From Myxococcota bacterium (lineage in GTDB: Bacteria > Myxococcota_A > UBA796 > UBA2385), in NCBI GenBank assembly GCA_044344255.1, contig JBIJDH010000003.1, positions 384,001-448,000 on the forward strand: DNA of 64,000 nucleotides, read 5' to 3'. Both the position numbers and the translations under genes were made by a program. Under the pieces are notes generated by a model, which saw nothing but the letters and a program-made list of their open reading frames with translations, was not told the DNA's origin and did not search any database. Shown piece after piece: positions 9,788 to 21,796 of this stretch. The stretch's first letter is position 1. Each line of letters opens with the position of its first letter.

Positions 9788-11347
9788 ATGTGGAGCGTGC
9801 GGAGCCTTCAGATCGTTTCGAGATTAGGGTGTCAGGTGCCCAAACCCCGTGCCGGACTCTGGGTGGAGATCGCGCTGACCTTGGCGTTGATCACCATCAC
9901 GACCATCGTGCTCAACGCCGGTGTGTTCTGGCTCCTGTTGCGGCACACCGAGGAGGAGCGGCGGACGGACTTTGGCATCGCCCTGTCGACGGCGCTCACC
10001 GCCCAGCTCGAGGTCGAGGCCGGTCGGGAAGACCGCGTGGGCGGATATCGGAGGGTCCTCGCCACGTATGAGGGAGCGGGCCTCGACGTGGAGGAGCTCT
10101 ACGTCTGTGACGCCCAGATGCGCACCCTGGCCTCGGTGGCGGGGCAGGCGCCCTCGGTCCCGGACGCCGGGCTCCGGGCGGCCCTCTACGGTCGGCAGCA
10201 GTCTGTGGAGATCATCGGCTCCCGACTCGATCGCCAGTCGGTGGTGGTCACCTCCCCGGTGGCGCCGAAGGGGAACGTGGTCGCCGCCCTCCGGGTGCAG
10301 GTCCCGGTCTCCGAGGGCACCGTTCCGGGCGGGCCCTTCGCGTTCTTCTTCGCGTATGCGGGGTTCTCTGGCCTCCTGATCGCGGTGTTCGGCTTCAGCC
10401 TCTTTCGGCGGCGCCTGCTCGACCCCATCGCCCGCATTCGGGAAGGCGCCCTGCGGATCGCGGCCGGCGACTTCGGTCACCTCGTCGGGGTGGATGGCTC
10501 CACCGAGCTGGTCGAGCTCTCCGGCGCCTTGAACACCGCGAGCAGCTCCCTCGACGCGTACCGCAGCCGCACCGCGGAGCAGGTGGAGCGCCTGGAGGCG
10601 GCGAACCGAGGCCTCGCCGCGGCGCAGGAGGCGCTGATTCGGTCCGAGAAGCTCGCCGGCGTCGGGCGCCTCGCCGCGGGGGTGGCCCACGAGATCGGCA
10701 ATCCGCTCTCGGCCGTCCTCGGCTACGTCGAGCTCCTTGGCCAGGGGCTCGACGATCCGGAGCTGGAGCGCGGGCTCATCGCGCGCTGTCACCGCGAGCT
10801 CGGCCGCATCCAGTCGATCGTCCGGCAGCTCCTGGACTACTCCCGTACGGGCTCGGGCGAGGTCCGTGACATCGACGTGGCCGCCGCGCTGGAGGAGGCG
10901 GTGGCCACCGTTCGTCCCCAGCCCCGCTTCAAGGGGATGGACCTGCGGGTGGGTGTCGAGGCGGCCTTGCCCGGCGTCACGATGGAGCCCGACAAGCTGC
11001 ACCAGGTGCTGGTGAACCTGCTGCTCAACGCCTGTGACGCCCTACGCGACCACCCCGCGCCGGCGGTGCAGCTCCGCGCGGAGCGGGACGTTGAGGGCGG
11101 GGTCTCCGTCTTCTGCATCGACAACGGTCCCGGCTTCGATCCCATCGCCCTGGAGCGCGCGTTCGAGCCCTTCTTCACCACGAAGGAGGTGGGGGAGGGC
11201 ACTGGCCTCGGCCTCGCCACCTGCCTCGTCGTGGTGGAGCGGGCGGGGGGACGCATTCAGGTGAGCAATGGTGTGGGCGGCGGCGCGCAGGTCTGGATCC
11301 GGCTGCCCGCCCGCGGTGGGGCGGCCGGGGAGCGGACACCGCGCTGA
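9788..11347 (+). CDS. Membrane sensor histidine kinase with HAMP domain (NtrB/PilS-like)
   Basis: Two TMs and a HAMP domain (LLDPIARIREGALRIAAGDF). H-box AHEIGNPL, N-box QVLVNLLLNA, DNGPG and FEPFFTTKEVGEGTGLGL. Confidence 0.92.
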   Translation: MWSVRSLQIVSRLGCQVPKPRAGLWVEIALTLALITITTIVLNAGVFWLLLRHTEEERRTDFGIALSTALTAQLEVEAGREDRVGGYRRVLATYEGAGLDVEELYVCDAQMRTLASVAGQAPSVPDAGLRAALYGRQQSVEIIGSRLDRQSVVVTSPVAPKGNVVAALRVQVPVSEGTVPGGPFAFFFAYAGFSGLLIAVFGFSLFRRRLLDPIARIREGALRIAAGDFGHLVGVDGSTELVELSGALNTASSSLDAYRSRTAEQVERLEAANRGLAAAQEALIRSEKLAGVGRLAAGVAHEIGNPLSAVLGYVELLGQGLDDPELERGLIARCHRELGRIQSIVRQLLDYSRTGSGEVRDIDVAAALEEAVATVRPQPRFKGMDLRVGVEAALPGVTMEPDKLHQVLVNLLLNACDALRDHPAPAVQLRAERDVEGGVSVFCIDNGPGFDPIALERAFEPFFTTKEVGEGTGLGLATCLVVVERAGGRIQVSNGVGGGAQVWIRLPARGGAAGERTPR

Positions 11348-11361
11348 GCCCCTTGGCGGCC

Positions 11362-12528
<1,167 letters not shown>

Positions 12529-12776
12529 TTGATGCTCCTGATGTCATCGGATGGATGGCGCGGCTTAGAGCGACTCTAGCGGACCTCGTCACGGGTTCCT
12601 TAACCAACTGCACCTGACAGGGGAGCCCGAGGGCCCCGAGAGCGGCATGGCGGAAGAAAAAGTCGACCCATCGGCTTGCGCCTCTACCCAACACCGAATT
12701 AACGTGTTACCCGGATTAGTATGTTCGAGGTGTTGGATAGTCCCTTCCGCTCACCGAAGGGTGAAGCGAGGTCAAA

Positions 12777-13853
12777 ATGCGTTGAGGCAATAAGCGTAAA
12801 GCGGCTTTTGTGACGCTCCTGGTTTCTGGCCTCGTGTGCCCTGCGGGTGCATTTGCGGGGAGCTGGTCCCTCGCGCCGACGAGCTACGCCACCAACTTCG
12901 ACTCCTTCACGACGACGGCCTCCGAGACGGTCACCGTCACGGTGCCGGCGAGCACCACCGTGGCCTCGCTCACGCTGGTCCCGTCCACCGACCTCACCTA
13001 GTATGCGACCGTCTCGCCGGCGGCCGGCTACACGGGGATCCACACTACCACGGCCACCACGAAGGCCTTCACGGTGGACTTCGAGGGGCTGTGCTCGGAT
13101 GACTTCGGCGAAACCCTGATCTGGTACGGCACGCTCGACGCGGTCGCCGATGGGGTCATCGTGGCCGCCCAGACCGTCGAGCTCTCCTTCGACCCCTGCG
13201 GTGGCCTGCCGCCCGTGGCCGAATGCGAAGATGTCACGGTCACTGCGGACTACGCCTGCTCGGCTTGTGTCTCGATCGATGGGGGATCCTACGATCCGGA
13301 TGAGGGCGATGACATCACGCTGGAGCAGGACTTCGAGTGTGTGACCGGGGTCGGTAGCACCGACGTGGAGCTCACGGTGTCCGATGAGTCCGGAGGTTCG
13401 GACACCTGCACATCGACGGTCACGGTCGAAGACCACACCCCCCCGGTGGTCGTCACCAAGGGCGTTGAGCTCTGGCCTCCCAACCATCAATACGAGAGCC
13501 TGTCCTTGTTGAGCTGCCTGAAGGTCAACACCGACAACTGCGGAGGCACCTCGTACAGCGCCGGTCACAACGGGAGCATCACCTCTATCTCCAGCGACGA
13601 GGTGGAAGACGCCACCGGGATGGGGGATGGCAACTCAAAGAACGACATCGTGATCAGCAGCAACACCACCTTCAAGCTGCGGGCTGAGCGCGAGGGGGCG
13701 GGCAACGGGCGCGTCTACACGGTGCGTTTCAACATGACCGATGACTCCGGCAACACGACGGCGTCGTCGTGCAAGATCACCGTTCCGCACGACCAGAGCG
13801 GCGCCACCGCTGTGGATAACGGCATGACTGCGGGCTACACCATTCGCCGCTGA
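12777..13853 (+). pseudogene. Secreted Thr/Ser-rich protein with a LWPPNH...LRAER...NGRVY C-terminal domain, interrupted by in-frame TGA (12783-12785) and TAG (12999-13001)
   Basis: ORFs 12810..13001 and 13074..13853 share one frame, and the 24 codons between them are open and protein-like. Upstream GAGG-ATG at 12777 gives signal peptide MR*GNKRKAAFVTLLVSGLVCPAGAFA. Confidence 0.7.
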
Positions 13854-14061
13854 GGCCAGGCGCCGCAGGGGCGGGCCAGGGCTGCGCGGAAGCCACAGGG
13901 TTCTGCCGCGCCGTCCCCGGCCTCGTCCATGGGATAGGGCCCCGGGGTTGAGGGCAGGCCCTGATGTCGGATCCCGAGGCTGATCACTGCGCCGAAGCCC
14001 CCGAAGAGCTTGAGCGCATCGGCCCCTTCGCCCTCGCCCTGCCCGCCCGCGGTGGGGCGGC

Positions 14062-15507
14062 ATGAGATCGGGCACCGCGTTGAGCCTCGTGGTGGCTTTG
14101 GGCTTCGGCCTCCGGCTGGGGCAGGCCCTGCTGCGGTGGGACGAGGTGGCGCTGGCCTATTCGGCCTATGACGCGCCCACCGCCGCCGCGCTCTCGAGGG
14201 GAGACGTGGGGGATGCGCTGGCCACCTGGGTGGGGCTGCATCCGCCAGCCTTTGCGTTGCTGCACAACCTCTTCGAGCTGCTCCTCCCGGTCCCCTTCTG
14301 CATGATGCTGACCTCGGTCGGGCTCTCGACGGGCGCGGTGTTCCTGGTGGGGCGACGGTCGGGGCCCCTGGCCGCGCTGGTGTTGGCCACCGCCGCTACG
14401 GCGATCGGTGACGCCGGGGAGCTGAACAATTACCCGTTGGCGCTCTTCGCGCTCAGCCTCGCGCTCGTCTCCGACCGCGGAGGCTGGGCCCCGCTGGCCG
14501 CCGCGACGATCTTCGCTGGTTGGTCGCACCTCCTCGCTGGCGCCGGGGCCATCGGCCTGGTGCTCTGGCGGGCCCTCGTGGGCGGGCTGGAGCGCCCCTT
14601 GATCCCACGGGATCGTCTCCGGCTGCTCTCCGCGGTCGGCCTCGGCCTGCTGCCCGTGCTGGTCGGCGTCCTCCGGGTGGCTGATCACGGCAGCACCTGG
14701 TCGCAGCCTTCAGGAGAGCTCCGAGGGTGGATCGAGATGGTGGCCGCGGTGGTGGGCCCGGAGGGGCTGCTGCTCGGCCTCGTGGCGCTCGGCGGACTCC
14801 GATCGGGTCGCCTCGGGGCGCTGGTCGGCCTGTCGGCGCTGCTCGGGGCTTCGCTGCTCCTGGGGGCCGCGGCCGCGCATCAGCGGCCCTACCTTGCCTT
14901 CTTCTCGCCGATCGCGGCGCTCTCTATCGGGGAGATCTGTCGTGGGGAGGGGCGCGTTGGGCTGCGCGCCGCCGTGGTCGCCCTCTGCTTGCTCCGCGGA
15001 GGGCGCCTGCTCGTCGATGAGGCGGACCGGGGCACGCTCATCGTCCGAGATCTCCAGCAAGAACGTGGGGTCGATGTCGCACAACGGCGGTCCCTCCCCG
15101 GAGACGTCCTGTGGCTGGTCTCTCCAGCCCTCCAGGCCGATGATGATCGATCGGCAACCTCCCCTGTGTTGTGGCGTTTTCGACCGTGGGAGCGGTTGCC
15201 GAGGGCGACCACGGTGGTGTTCGACCCGCTCGACTGGCGGTACGGCCAGCCGAGGGAGTGGAGGGGCCGAACCTTTCACACCAGCACGGAGCTCGAGGCG
15301 GGGCCCTTCGATCATGTGGCCGCCTCGGCGTTGGCCCGGGGGGCCCATGTCTGGGTGGTGCTCTACGATCATGAGCCGGCGACCGGCCTGATCGGTCGGG
15401 TCCTCCGCACCCTACGGGTGTACGACCCCCGCTGCGAGCGGGAGCCCCGCGCCTCCGGTCTGGGGGATGACTGGGCCTGTGTGATCCCGAGGGGGCCGCC
15501 ATCTTAG
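14062..15507 (+). CDS. Polytopic membrane protein, GT-C-like (PMT/ArnT-type)
   Basis: TM1 ending GLRL, then WDE acidic motif and LHPP motif, many TMs and a soluble C-terminal domain. Confidence 0.65.
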   Translation: MRSGTALSLVVALGFGLRLGQALLRWDEVALAYSAYDAPTAAALSRGDVGDALATWVGLHPPAFALLHNLFELLLPVPFCMMLTSVGLSTGAVFLVGRRSGPLAALVLATAATAIGDAGELNNYPLALFALSLALVSDRGGWAPLAAATIFAGWSHLLAGAGAIGLVLWRALVGGLERPLIPRDRLRLLSAVGLGLLPVLVGVLRVADHGSTWSQPSGELRGWIEMVAAVVGPEGLLLGLVALGGLRSGRLGALVGLSALLGASLLLGAAAAHQRPYLAFFSPIAALSIGEICRGEGRVGLRAAVVALCLLRGGRLLVDEADRGTLIVRDLQQERGVDVAQRRSLPGDVLWLVSPALQADDDRSATSPVLWRFRPWERLPRATTVVFDPLDWRYGQPREWRGRTFHTSTELEAGPFDHVAASALARGAHVWVVLYDHEPATGLIGRVLRTLRVYDPRCEREPRASGLGDDWACVIPRGPPS

Positions 15508-15578
15508 TCTGGACGCCCTTCGAGACCGCCTGGCCGGCGGGGCTCGCGGCCCTGCTCTGGCTGCTGTCCCTGCTCTGG

Positions 15579-17138
15579 GTGGGGCGCGAGGCGCGGCTGG
15601 ACCGGACTTCGCTCCGCGCGGCCATCCTGCCGGTGCTCGCGGTGGCGGCGCTCGGCCTCTCGGTCCGGCTCTTGGTGGTCCCGGCCGTGTCTGAGCACGT
15701 CTATGATGGCCATGAGGCCGAGTACTGGGACCTGTTCGCAGGCACGCGGCGGCCCACCCAAGGCGGCACCGTCCTCTACCCGGCCATGCAGTGGCTCTGG
15801 TATGGGCTCGGGCGGGTCCTCCCCGCTCAGGCTGCGCTGCCCGTGCTGATCATGGCGAGCTTCGGCGTGGGTGCAGCCGCGCTGCTCGGTGTCACCGCCG
15901 CGACCCTCGCCGATCGGCGCGCCGGCATGCTCGTTGGCCTCCTCGCCCTCCTGCACCCCGCTCAAGCCGCGTGGAGCTCGAGCGCCTACAACGTCATCCT
16001 GCCCCACTTCTTCGGTTGCCTGTGCATCTGTGCCGCCGCGCGCCTCTCCCGCAGCCACCGGCCCTCTCTCGCCCTCGGAGCGCTCGGCGCGCTGAGCTTC
16101 ACGCTGGCGGTGGCGACCCGGCTCGACTCCGCGCTGATGGGCGTGCCGGCGCTGCTGCTGCTGCTCTTCGAGCGCCCACCCGGTCGCAGTTGGGGTGCGG
16201 CCCTCCGAGGGCGGATGGTCCTTGTGCCGCCCGCGCTCTTCTCGATCGTCCTCGCGGCGCGTGCGGCCTGGCCCCTGGTCTTTCCGGGAGAGGTGCCGGG
16301 AGCGGGGGAGCGTTGGCTCTCGTTCTGTATCAACGTTCGCCTGCTCGACTACTACGCTCCGCTGGACGGCTGGCTCGGCGTCCTGCTCGTCCTGCTCGGA
16401 GCGGCCTCGGCCGCGCGCCGATGGCCAGTGGCCACCGCTGTCCTCGTCTTGGGCGCCGCCTTGAACCACCTGCTCCTCGCAACATTCGACGACTTTGGTG
16501 AGCGTCACGCACTCTCCGCGCTCCCGGGCCTCCTCTGGTGTCTGGGGGCCGGTGCGGTGGCCGCCCCACGGTGGCTCAGCGGCGGGCTCGGCCTCGCCAG
16601 CACCCTCCATCTCCTCGTCGGGCTCGCGGATCTTCGGGGGCGCTACTATGGAACGGAGGAGGCCTACACCGAGCTGCTCGCCCATTCACCCTGGTCGGCG
16701 CTGCCGCGCTGGAGCGCGGAGGAGGCGAAGGTGGAGGATGGTTCGCCATGTGGATGGATCAACGAGGACCCTCGGGTCTCCGAGGCCCCGCTCCGCTCCC
16801 ACTTCAACCTCGTCGATCCCGTAGAGGCGGAGTCGCTCCGTGGGCCCACCTCTTGCCTGAGGCTCTGTATGGATGTACAGGACTGGCGATGGTCCAGCCG
16901 CGCCGTGCGCGACCGGGCCCTTCGGGTGTCTCACCTGTACCGTCTGCGCCCCATCGCGGTGGTGGAGGAAGTGGTGGAGGAAGGCGCCTCGGGGTATTCG
17001 TGTCTGGTCTTCGATCTCGGCGAGCGTACGTGCTGCGAAACCACCCCTGCAAGCTCCGCGCCGGCGTCTGCCGGGACGGGCGGGCACGTCGGTGGTGCCC
17101 ATGATCGAGGGCGCGTCGCAGATCCGAGCCTACCTTGA
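15579..17138 (+). CDS. Polytopic membrane protein, GT-C-like
   Basis: TM ending SVRL, then HVYDGHEAEY, LYP, ALLHP, TRLDS and GERHAL, with multiple TMs. Frame is open upstream to about 15471, so the start is uncertain. Confidence 0.6.
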   Translation: MGREARLDRTSLRAAILPVLAVAALGLSVRLLVVPAVSEHVYDGHEAEYWDLFAGTRRPTQGGTVLYPAMQWLWYGLGRVLPAQAALPVLIMASFGVGAAALLGVTAATLADRRAGMLVGLLALLHPAQAAWSSSAYNVILPHFFGCLCICAAARLSRSHRPSLALGALGALSFTLAVATRLDSALMGVPALLLLLFERPPGRSWGAALRGRMVLVPPALFSIVLAARAAWPLVFPGEVPGAGERWLSFCINVRLLDYYAPLDGWLGVLLVLLGAASAARRWPVATAVLVLGAALNHLLLATFDDFGERHALSALPGLLWCLGAGAVAAPRWLSGGLGLASTLHLLVGLADLRGRYYGTEEAYTELLAHSPWSALPRWSAEEAKVEDGSPCGWINEDPRVSEAPLRSHFNLVDPVEAESLRGPTSCLRLCMDVQDWRWSSRAVRDRALRVSHLYRLRPIAVVEEVVEEGASGYSCLVFDLGERTCCETTPASSAPASAGTGGHVGGAHDRGRVADPSLP

Positions 17139-20136
17139 GGGCTTGACCTCTCGAGAGCGTCGGCTGCTGCTCCTCCGAGCGGGCTTCCAGGCTGGTGCGG
17201 CCGTGCTCCTCTCGCTCTCGCTCGCGGCTCTGGCGCTGTCCTTTGGCGGTGGGCGTTGGGTGGCGGTGGGGTTGCTGGCCTCCGTCGCCTTGGGCCTCGG
17301 CGTGACAGGCCTCCTCTGGCCGCTCCGGAGCGCGTGGCGCCCTGCGGCTGATCCGCTGGTGCAAGCCCGAAGGGTGGAGGCGCTCCTCCCCGAGCTGGAC
17401 CATCGCCTGGTCACCGCCGTGGACGTCGAGGTCAACCCGGCGAGCGCCGGCACCTTCTCTCGCTCCATCCTCGGCGCCATCGTGGCGGAGGCCGCGGGCC
17501 TCGCGCTCACCGTACCCCCGGCGGCCGTCATCCCCGACCGGCCGGCGCGGCAGGCGGGGGCCGGCCTGGCGCTGCTCCTGGCGCTGACCCTGGTTGGAGG
17601 GGGCTGGTTGCCGGTGGGGCCGATTGACGCCCTCGCCGTGGCCTTTGGGCGGGGGCTGGGCGCCGTCCTGCTGGAGAATGCAGGGCCGCCCTCAGACGAT
17701 GATGCTCGGGTCGTCGTGGGGGACATCGTCATCCGCTACACGTACCCGGCGTATACCGGCCTCCCGCCGATGGAGGTGCCGAATTCCGATGGCACGATCC
17801 ACGCTCCGCCCGGCACGGTGGTCGACGTCTCCGGTCGCAGCGCGGTGCCCTTCACGGCCGCCGCGCTCTCGGTCGGCGAAGAGGAGCCGATCGACGCGGT
17901 GTTGGTGGACGGGCGGGACGTCCGCGCGCGCTTCACCGTGACGGTCGATGGTGAGTGGCGATTCCTCTTCTTCAGCGGTGGTGCCGTCCAGCGAAGCGCC
18001 GACTTCCGGATCTTCGCCGAGGCCGACGCACCGCCGGAGGTGTCGGTGTCGGCGGCCCCGTCGGCTCCGGTGGCGGTCGACCAGCCTGTCGGGCTGCGTT
18101 GGTCGGCCCAGGATGACTTCGGGCTCGAGCACATCGCCGTCCAGGTCACCCGCGCCGACGGCTCGGTCCGAGAGGTGGAGCTCCGCCGCCCGGCTGACCA
18201 GCCGCGGGATCTCCGCGGCACCCTCGCCGTCACCCCCGGCGAGCTCGGCCTCGCACCGGGCGAGGAGGCGACCTTAAAGGTGCTCGCCTTCGACGCCCAA
18301 CCAGGCGGCGGCACGCAGATGGGCGAGTCCCCGGAGGTGAAGATCAAGGTCGGCGCGGCCAAGGGGCGCGGCAAGAACCTCGTCGGGTACTACGAGCGTC
18401 TACGGGACGCGATGATCCCCGCACTTGGAGACTTCCTGGAGGAGCCCCTCCTGCCCGCGCGAGACGCGGAGGGCATGAACCGCTGGGTCCAGGGGGCGAG
18501 GGGTCGCTTGGACGCCGTGGTCGAGCTTCGGCGAGCACAGTGGGGTGGGCAGCCCAGCGCGGGGCTGGACGGTGAGCTGGTCGACAAGGTGGTCGAGGCC
18601 GCGGCGCGCCTGTTCCGCTTCACGCTCACTACGTGGGAGTCCGGCAGCGGGAGGCGGGTCACCGCGGCGGACGAAGAGCGATTCCGTGCCCTGCACTCCG
18701 AGGAGATCAAGGCCCTCGAACAGGCGATCTACCTGCTCGACACCCTCGTTGGGCGTGTGGCGATGCAGGAGCTGGCAGACCGGGTGTCCGACCTCGCCGA
18801 CGAAGCCCGAGAGCTCGCAGGGCTCGCCGATGACGCAGGCGCAGCGGAGCTCCTGGCCCGCCTGGACCAGCTCGAGCGCCTGATGAAGGCCATCGCCAAG
18901 GCCGCAGAGCGGCTCGACAACCACATGGGAGAGTACGTCAACGCGCAGATCAGCCAGACGCAGGCCCTGACGAGCGAGATCCGCAAGGCGATCTCGGAGG
19001 GCCGCATGGAGGACGCCCGCGCGATGCTCCAGCAGCTCGCCGAGCAGGTCGATCAGATGGCCGAGAACATCCAGTCACAGGCCAGCGGCGGCGCGGACCA
19101 GGGCGACGAGCTCAAGAAGGCCTACGACGAGGCGATGAAGGAGCTCGAGGCGCTGGAGGCCGATCAACGCGCCCTGGCCGAGAAGCTCGAGGCGGACCGC
19201 GAACGATACGGCGAGTCGATGAGCGAGCAGATGAAGCTCTGGGCTGACCTGGACCGCCTCTCGGCCCAGGCCGACGCGCAGGCGAAGCTCGGTGTGGGCG
19301 CGGTCGGGGATGGCGCCGGCTGGCGAGCGAGCTCGATCACGTGGTTGGAGCGGCTGTCGGGCGCGGCCACCGGGGTCGCGGACGCCGTGCGCGCGCGGGA
19401 CGTCGAGGGGGCGGCGGATCGGGTGGCCCGCGCTCGCTCCCCGATGCGCATGGCCCGAGCCTCGGTGGAGGATGAGCAGCGTCGGGCGCGGCTGGCAGGA
19501 GAGAAGGTGCCCGAGGGCGTTCCGGCGGCGGCTCGCGGCGTGCAGGGTGCGAACGGGGCCCTCGAAGAGATGGCGCGCCTCCTCGACCAGCTCTCGGAGA
19601 TGAAGTCTGACGAGAGCCCCGAGATGCAGCGAGCGGCGCGGGAGCTGGCCAACCAACAGTCCGACCTCGAGCAGCGTCGCCAGTCCGCTGGCAAGAAGGT
19701 CGAGCGGGTGGAGCGGGCGATGCCCACCGCCGACGGCTCGGCCTCGGGCGCCATCCAGCAGGCCGGCGAAGCGATGGGCCGGGCCGAGGAGGCCCTGCGC
19801 GAGGGGCAAGCCAGCGCCGGGGAGGGGCATCAGCTCGACGCCGCCAACCGCGTCGGCGAGGCGCGAGACAACCTCCAGCAGCAGATGCAGCAGATGCAGC
19901 AGATGCAGCAGGCGGCTCGAAACATGCGCAAGAAGTCTGGCGAAGGGGAGGGTGAGCAGCACGGTCCCGAAGACCAGGGGATGTCGGCCGCCGATGACCT
20001 CGCCCTTCCGCCGCCCGAGGATTTCCCGAGCCCGGAGGCCTACCGACAGGGCCTCCTCCGTGGCATGGAGGCCTCTGTCCCCGAGGAGTACGAGGCGCTG
20101 AAGAAGCGGTACTTCGAAGATCTTGTGCGCCAATGA
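17101..20136 (+). CDS. DUF4175-like membrane-anchored protein with Ig-like middle and long Gln/Glu-rich coiled coil
   Basis: Three N-terminal TMs, YTYPAYTGLPP, AQDDFGL, a long helical Q/E/A region and C-terminal [22 protein letters not shown] at 17101. Confidence 0.75.
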   Translation: MIEGASQIRAYLEGLTSRERRLLLLRAGFQAGAAVLLSLSLAALALSFGGGRWVAVGLLASVALGLGVTGLLWPLRSAWRPAADPLVQARRVEALLPELDHRLVTAVDVEVNPASAGTFSRSILGAIVAEAAGLALTVPPAAVIPDRPARQAGAGLALLLALTLVGGGWLPVGPIDALAVAFGRGLGAVLLENAGPPSDDDARVVVGDIVIRYTYPAYTGLPPMEVPNSDGTIHAPPGTVVDVSGRSAVPFTAAALSVGEEEPIDAVLVDGRDVRARFTVTVDGEWRFLFFSGGAVQRSADFRIFAEADAPPEVSVSAAPSAPVAVDQPVGLRWSAQDDFGLEHIAVQVTRADGSVREVELRRPADQPRDLRGTLAVTPGELGLAPGEEATLKVLAFDAQPGGGTQMGESPEVKIKVGAAKGRGKNLVGYYERLRDAMIPALGDFLEEPLLPARDAEGMNRWVQGARGRLDAVVELRRAQWGGQPSAGLDGELVDKVVEAAARLFRFTLTTWESGSGRRVTAADEERFRALHSEEIKALEQAIYLLDTLVGRVAMQELADRVSDLADEARELAGLADDAGAAELLARLDQLERLMKAIAKAAERLDNHMGEYVNAQISQTQALTSEIRKAISEGRMEDARAMLQQLAEQVDQMAENIQSQASGGADQGDELKKAYDEAMKELEALEADQRALAEKLEADRERYGESMSEQMKLWADLDRLSAQADAQAKLGVGAVGDGAGWRASSITWLERLSGAATGVADAVRARDVEGAADRVARARSPMRMARASVEDEQRRARLAGEKVPEGVPAAARGVQGANGALEEMARLLDQLSEMKSDESPEMQRAARELANQQSDLEQRRQSAGKKVERVERAMPTADGSASGAIQQAGEAMGRAEEALREGQASAGEGHQLDAANRVGEARDNLQQQMQQMQQMQQAARNMRKKSGEGEGEQHGPEDQGMSAADDLALPPPEDFPSPEAYRQGLLRGMEASVPEEYEALKKRYFEDLVRQ

Positions 20137-21764
20137 ATAGGTTAAAACAAAACTATTCCGCGCTTCTGTGCGGCCTCGTCACGGTCGCCCGGTGGTGGGG
20201 ACTGCTGGCCCTGACCCTCGCTTGCCTGGCGCCGGGCTCGGCCTCGGCCTCTTTGGTGGAGGACGCGTCGGACTGCCTCGAGCGCTCCGATCTGGTCTGC
20301 GCGCAGAAGATCCGCGATCAGCTCCGGCGGGGGAACACCGGCAGCATCGCCGCGCTGGAGGTCGAAGCCACGGTCGCCTTTCATGAGGGGCGCTACACGG
20401 AGGCCCTCCAAGCCCTCGACGCCCTCAAGGCCCGCGGCGATGACGTCGAGACGGACAACCCGGGTACGCCTTACCGGGCGACCGCCGAGGCAGCAGACGG
20501 GCTCATCTCTGCGGAAGCGCCGGGCGTTCGGGTTCGCTACTCTCCGGGCGTGGACGCGATCCTCGCGGAGGAGGCCGTGAGCACGCTCGCACGGTCGCGC
20601 ACCGTTTACGGTGAGCTCCTGGGCGGCGCGCCGCCGCAAGACCTCGTGTTGGACATCTTCCCAACGGCGAGGCGCTTCACGCTGGCGAGCGGCCTGCCCC
20701 CCGAGAGCGTGGAGACCACCGGCGTGGTCGCCCTGTCCAAATGGACCCGCCTCCTGTTGACGAGCCCGCGGGCACTGGCCAGGGGCTACGGATGGAAGGA
20801 CACCGCCGCTCACGAGTACATCCACCTCGTCGTCGCCTGGCGGACGGGGAACCGAGCGCCGGTCTGGCTCCAGGAGGGCCTGGCGAAGTTCTTGGAGGGC
20901 TTCTGGCGCGGTCAGACTGACGGAGGCCTGCCGGCCCATCATCAGAGCTTGCTGGCAGAGGCGGTTCGGACTGGGAAGTTCGTGCCCTTTGAGAAGTTCG
21001 CGCGCTCGATGGCCTACCTCGACAGCGGGGAGGAGGCCGCGTTGGCCTTCGCCCAGGTCTCGACGATGGTACAGTTCTTGGTCGTAAAGTCCGGCGCCGA
21101 GGCCTTGCCCGGCGTGCTCGACCGGGTGCGAGACGGGGCGCAGGCGGAGGCGGCCGTGGCCGAAGCCGCTGGCTACCCGAACTTTGAGGCCTTCCGACAA
21201 GGCTGGGTGGAGTGGCTCCGCACGCTGCCGCTGGTCCAGCAGCACCTCGCCGCGCTGCCGATGGTCCTCGAAGGCGGAGGGGATGAGTTCGCGGAGGACC
21301 CGCTGCTGTCGGGCCGCGCCGATCTCGCTCGGTACACGCGGTTGGGCGATCTGTTGCGCAAGAGTGGTCGGCCCAAGGCGGCGCTGATCGAGTACGAGAA
21401 GGCCGAGGACCCGAAGGGGCCGCCTTCGCCGCTCCTGATGGCGCGCCGGGCGGACTGCTACCTCGCGCTCGGAGATGTACAAAAGGCTCTCTCGATCGTG
21501 GACGAAGGGAGGCGACTGTATCCGGAGTTCACGCTCATCCAGGTGACCCGCGGCCGCCTCCTCGATCAGCTCGGCCGCACCTCCGAGGCGATCGAGGCCT
21601 GGCAGGCCGCGCACGATCTCAACCCCTACGACCCCGCCGTACAGGCCGCGCTGGTCCGTGACTATCGGGCCACCGGGGACCTCGAGCGGGCGGCGCGGCA
21701 CGAGCGCTTCGCTCAAATCCTGGCGAGCGGCGGCGCCGACCCCGGGCCGTCCGCGCCTCGGTGA
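20133..21764 (+). CDS. Secreted peptidase MA-like (gluzincin) protein with TPR repeats
   Basis: Signal peptide ending ASA, HEYIH followed by PVWLQEGLA, and C-terminal TPR-like repeats ([16 protein letters not shown]). Confidence 0.8.
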   Translation: MNRLKQNYSALLCGLVTVARWWGLLALTLACLAPGSASASLVEDASDCLERSDLVCAQKIRDQLRRGNTGSIAALEVEATVAFHEGRYTEALQALDALKARGDDVETDNPGTPYRATAEAADGLISAEAPGVRVRYSPGVDAILAEEAVSTLARSRTVYGELLGGAPPQDLVLDIFPTARRFTLASGLPPESVETTGVVALSKWTRLLLTSPRALARGYGWKDTAAHEYIHLVVAWRTGNRAPVWLQEGLAKFLEGFWRGQTDGGLPAHHQSLLAEAVRTGKFVPFEKFARSMAYLDSGEEAALAFAQVSTMVQFLVVKSGAEALPGVLDRVRDGAQAEAAVAEAAGYPNFEAFRQGWVEWLRTLPLVQQHLAALPMVLEGGGDEFAEDPLLSGRADLARYTRLGDLLRKSGRPKAALIEYEKAEDPKGPPSPLLMARRADCYLALGDVQKALSIVDEGRRLYPEFTLIQVTRGRLLDQLGRTSEAIEAWQAAHDLNPYDPAVQAALVRDYRATGDLERAARHERFAQILASGGADPGPSAPR

Positions 21765-21796
21765 TGGGTTACCCGTCCGTCTCGCAGGGGAGCACC

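Noticed and set aside
12783..13001. Selenocysteine/pyrrolysine or alternative-code readthrough of the in-frame TGA and TAG
   Set aside because: TAG and TGA both end well-conserved genes here (metH and the kinase end in TAG, ychF in TGA). The protein is not a known Sec/Pyl family, and the TGA lies in a signal peptide.
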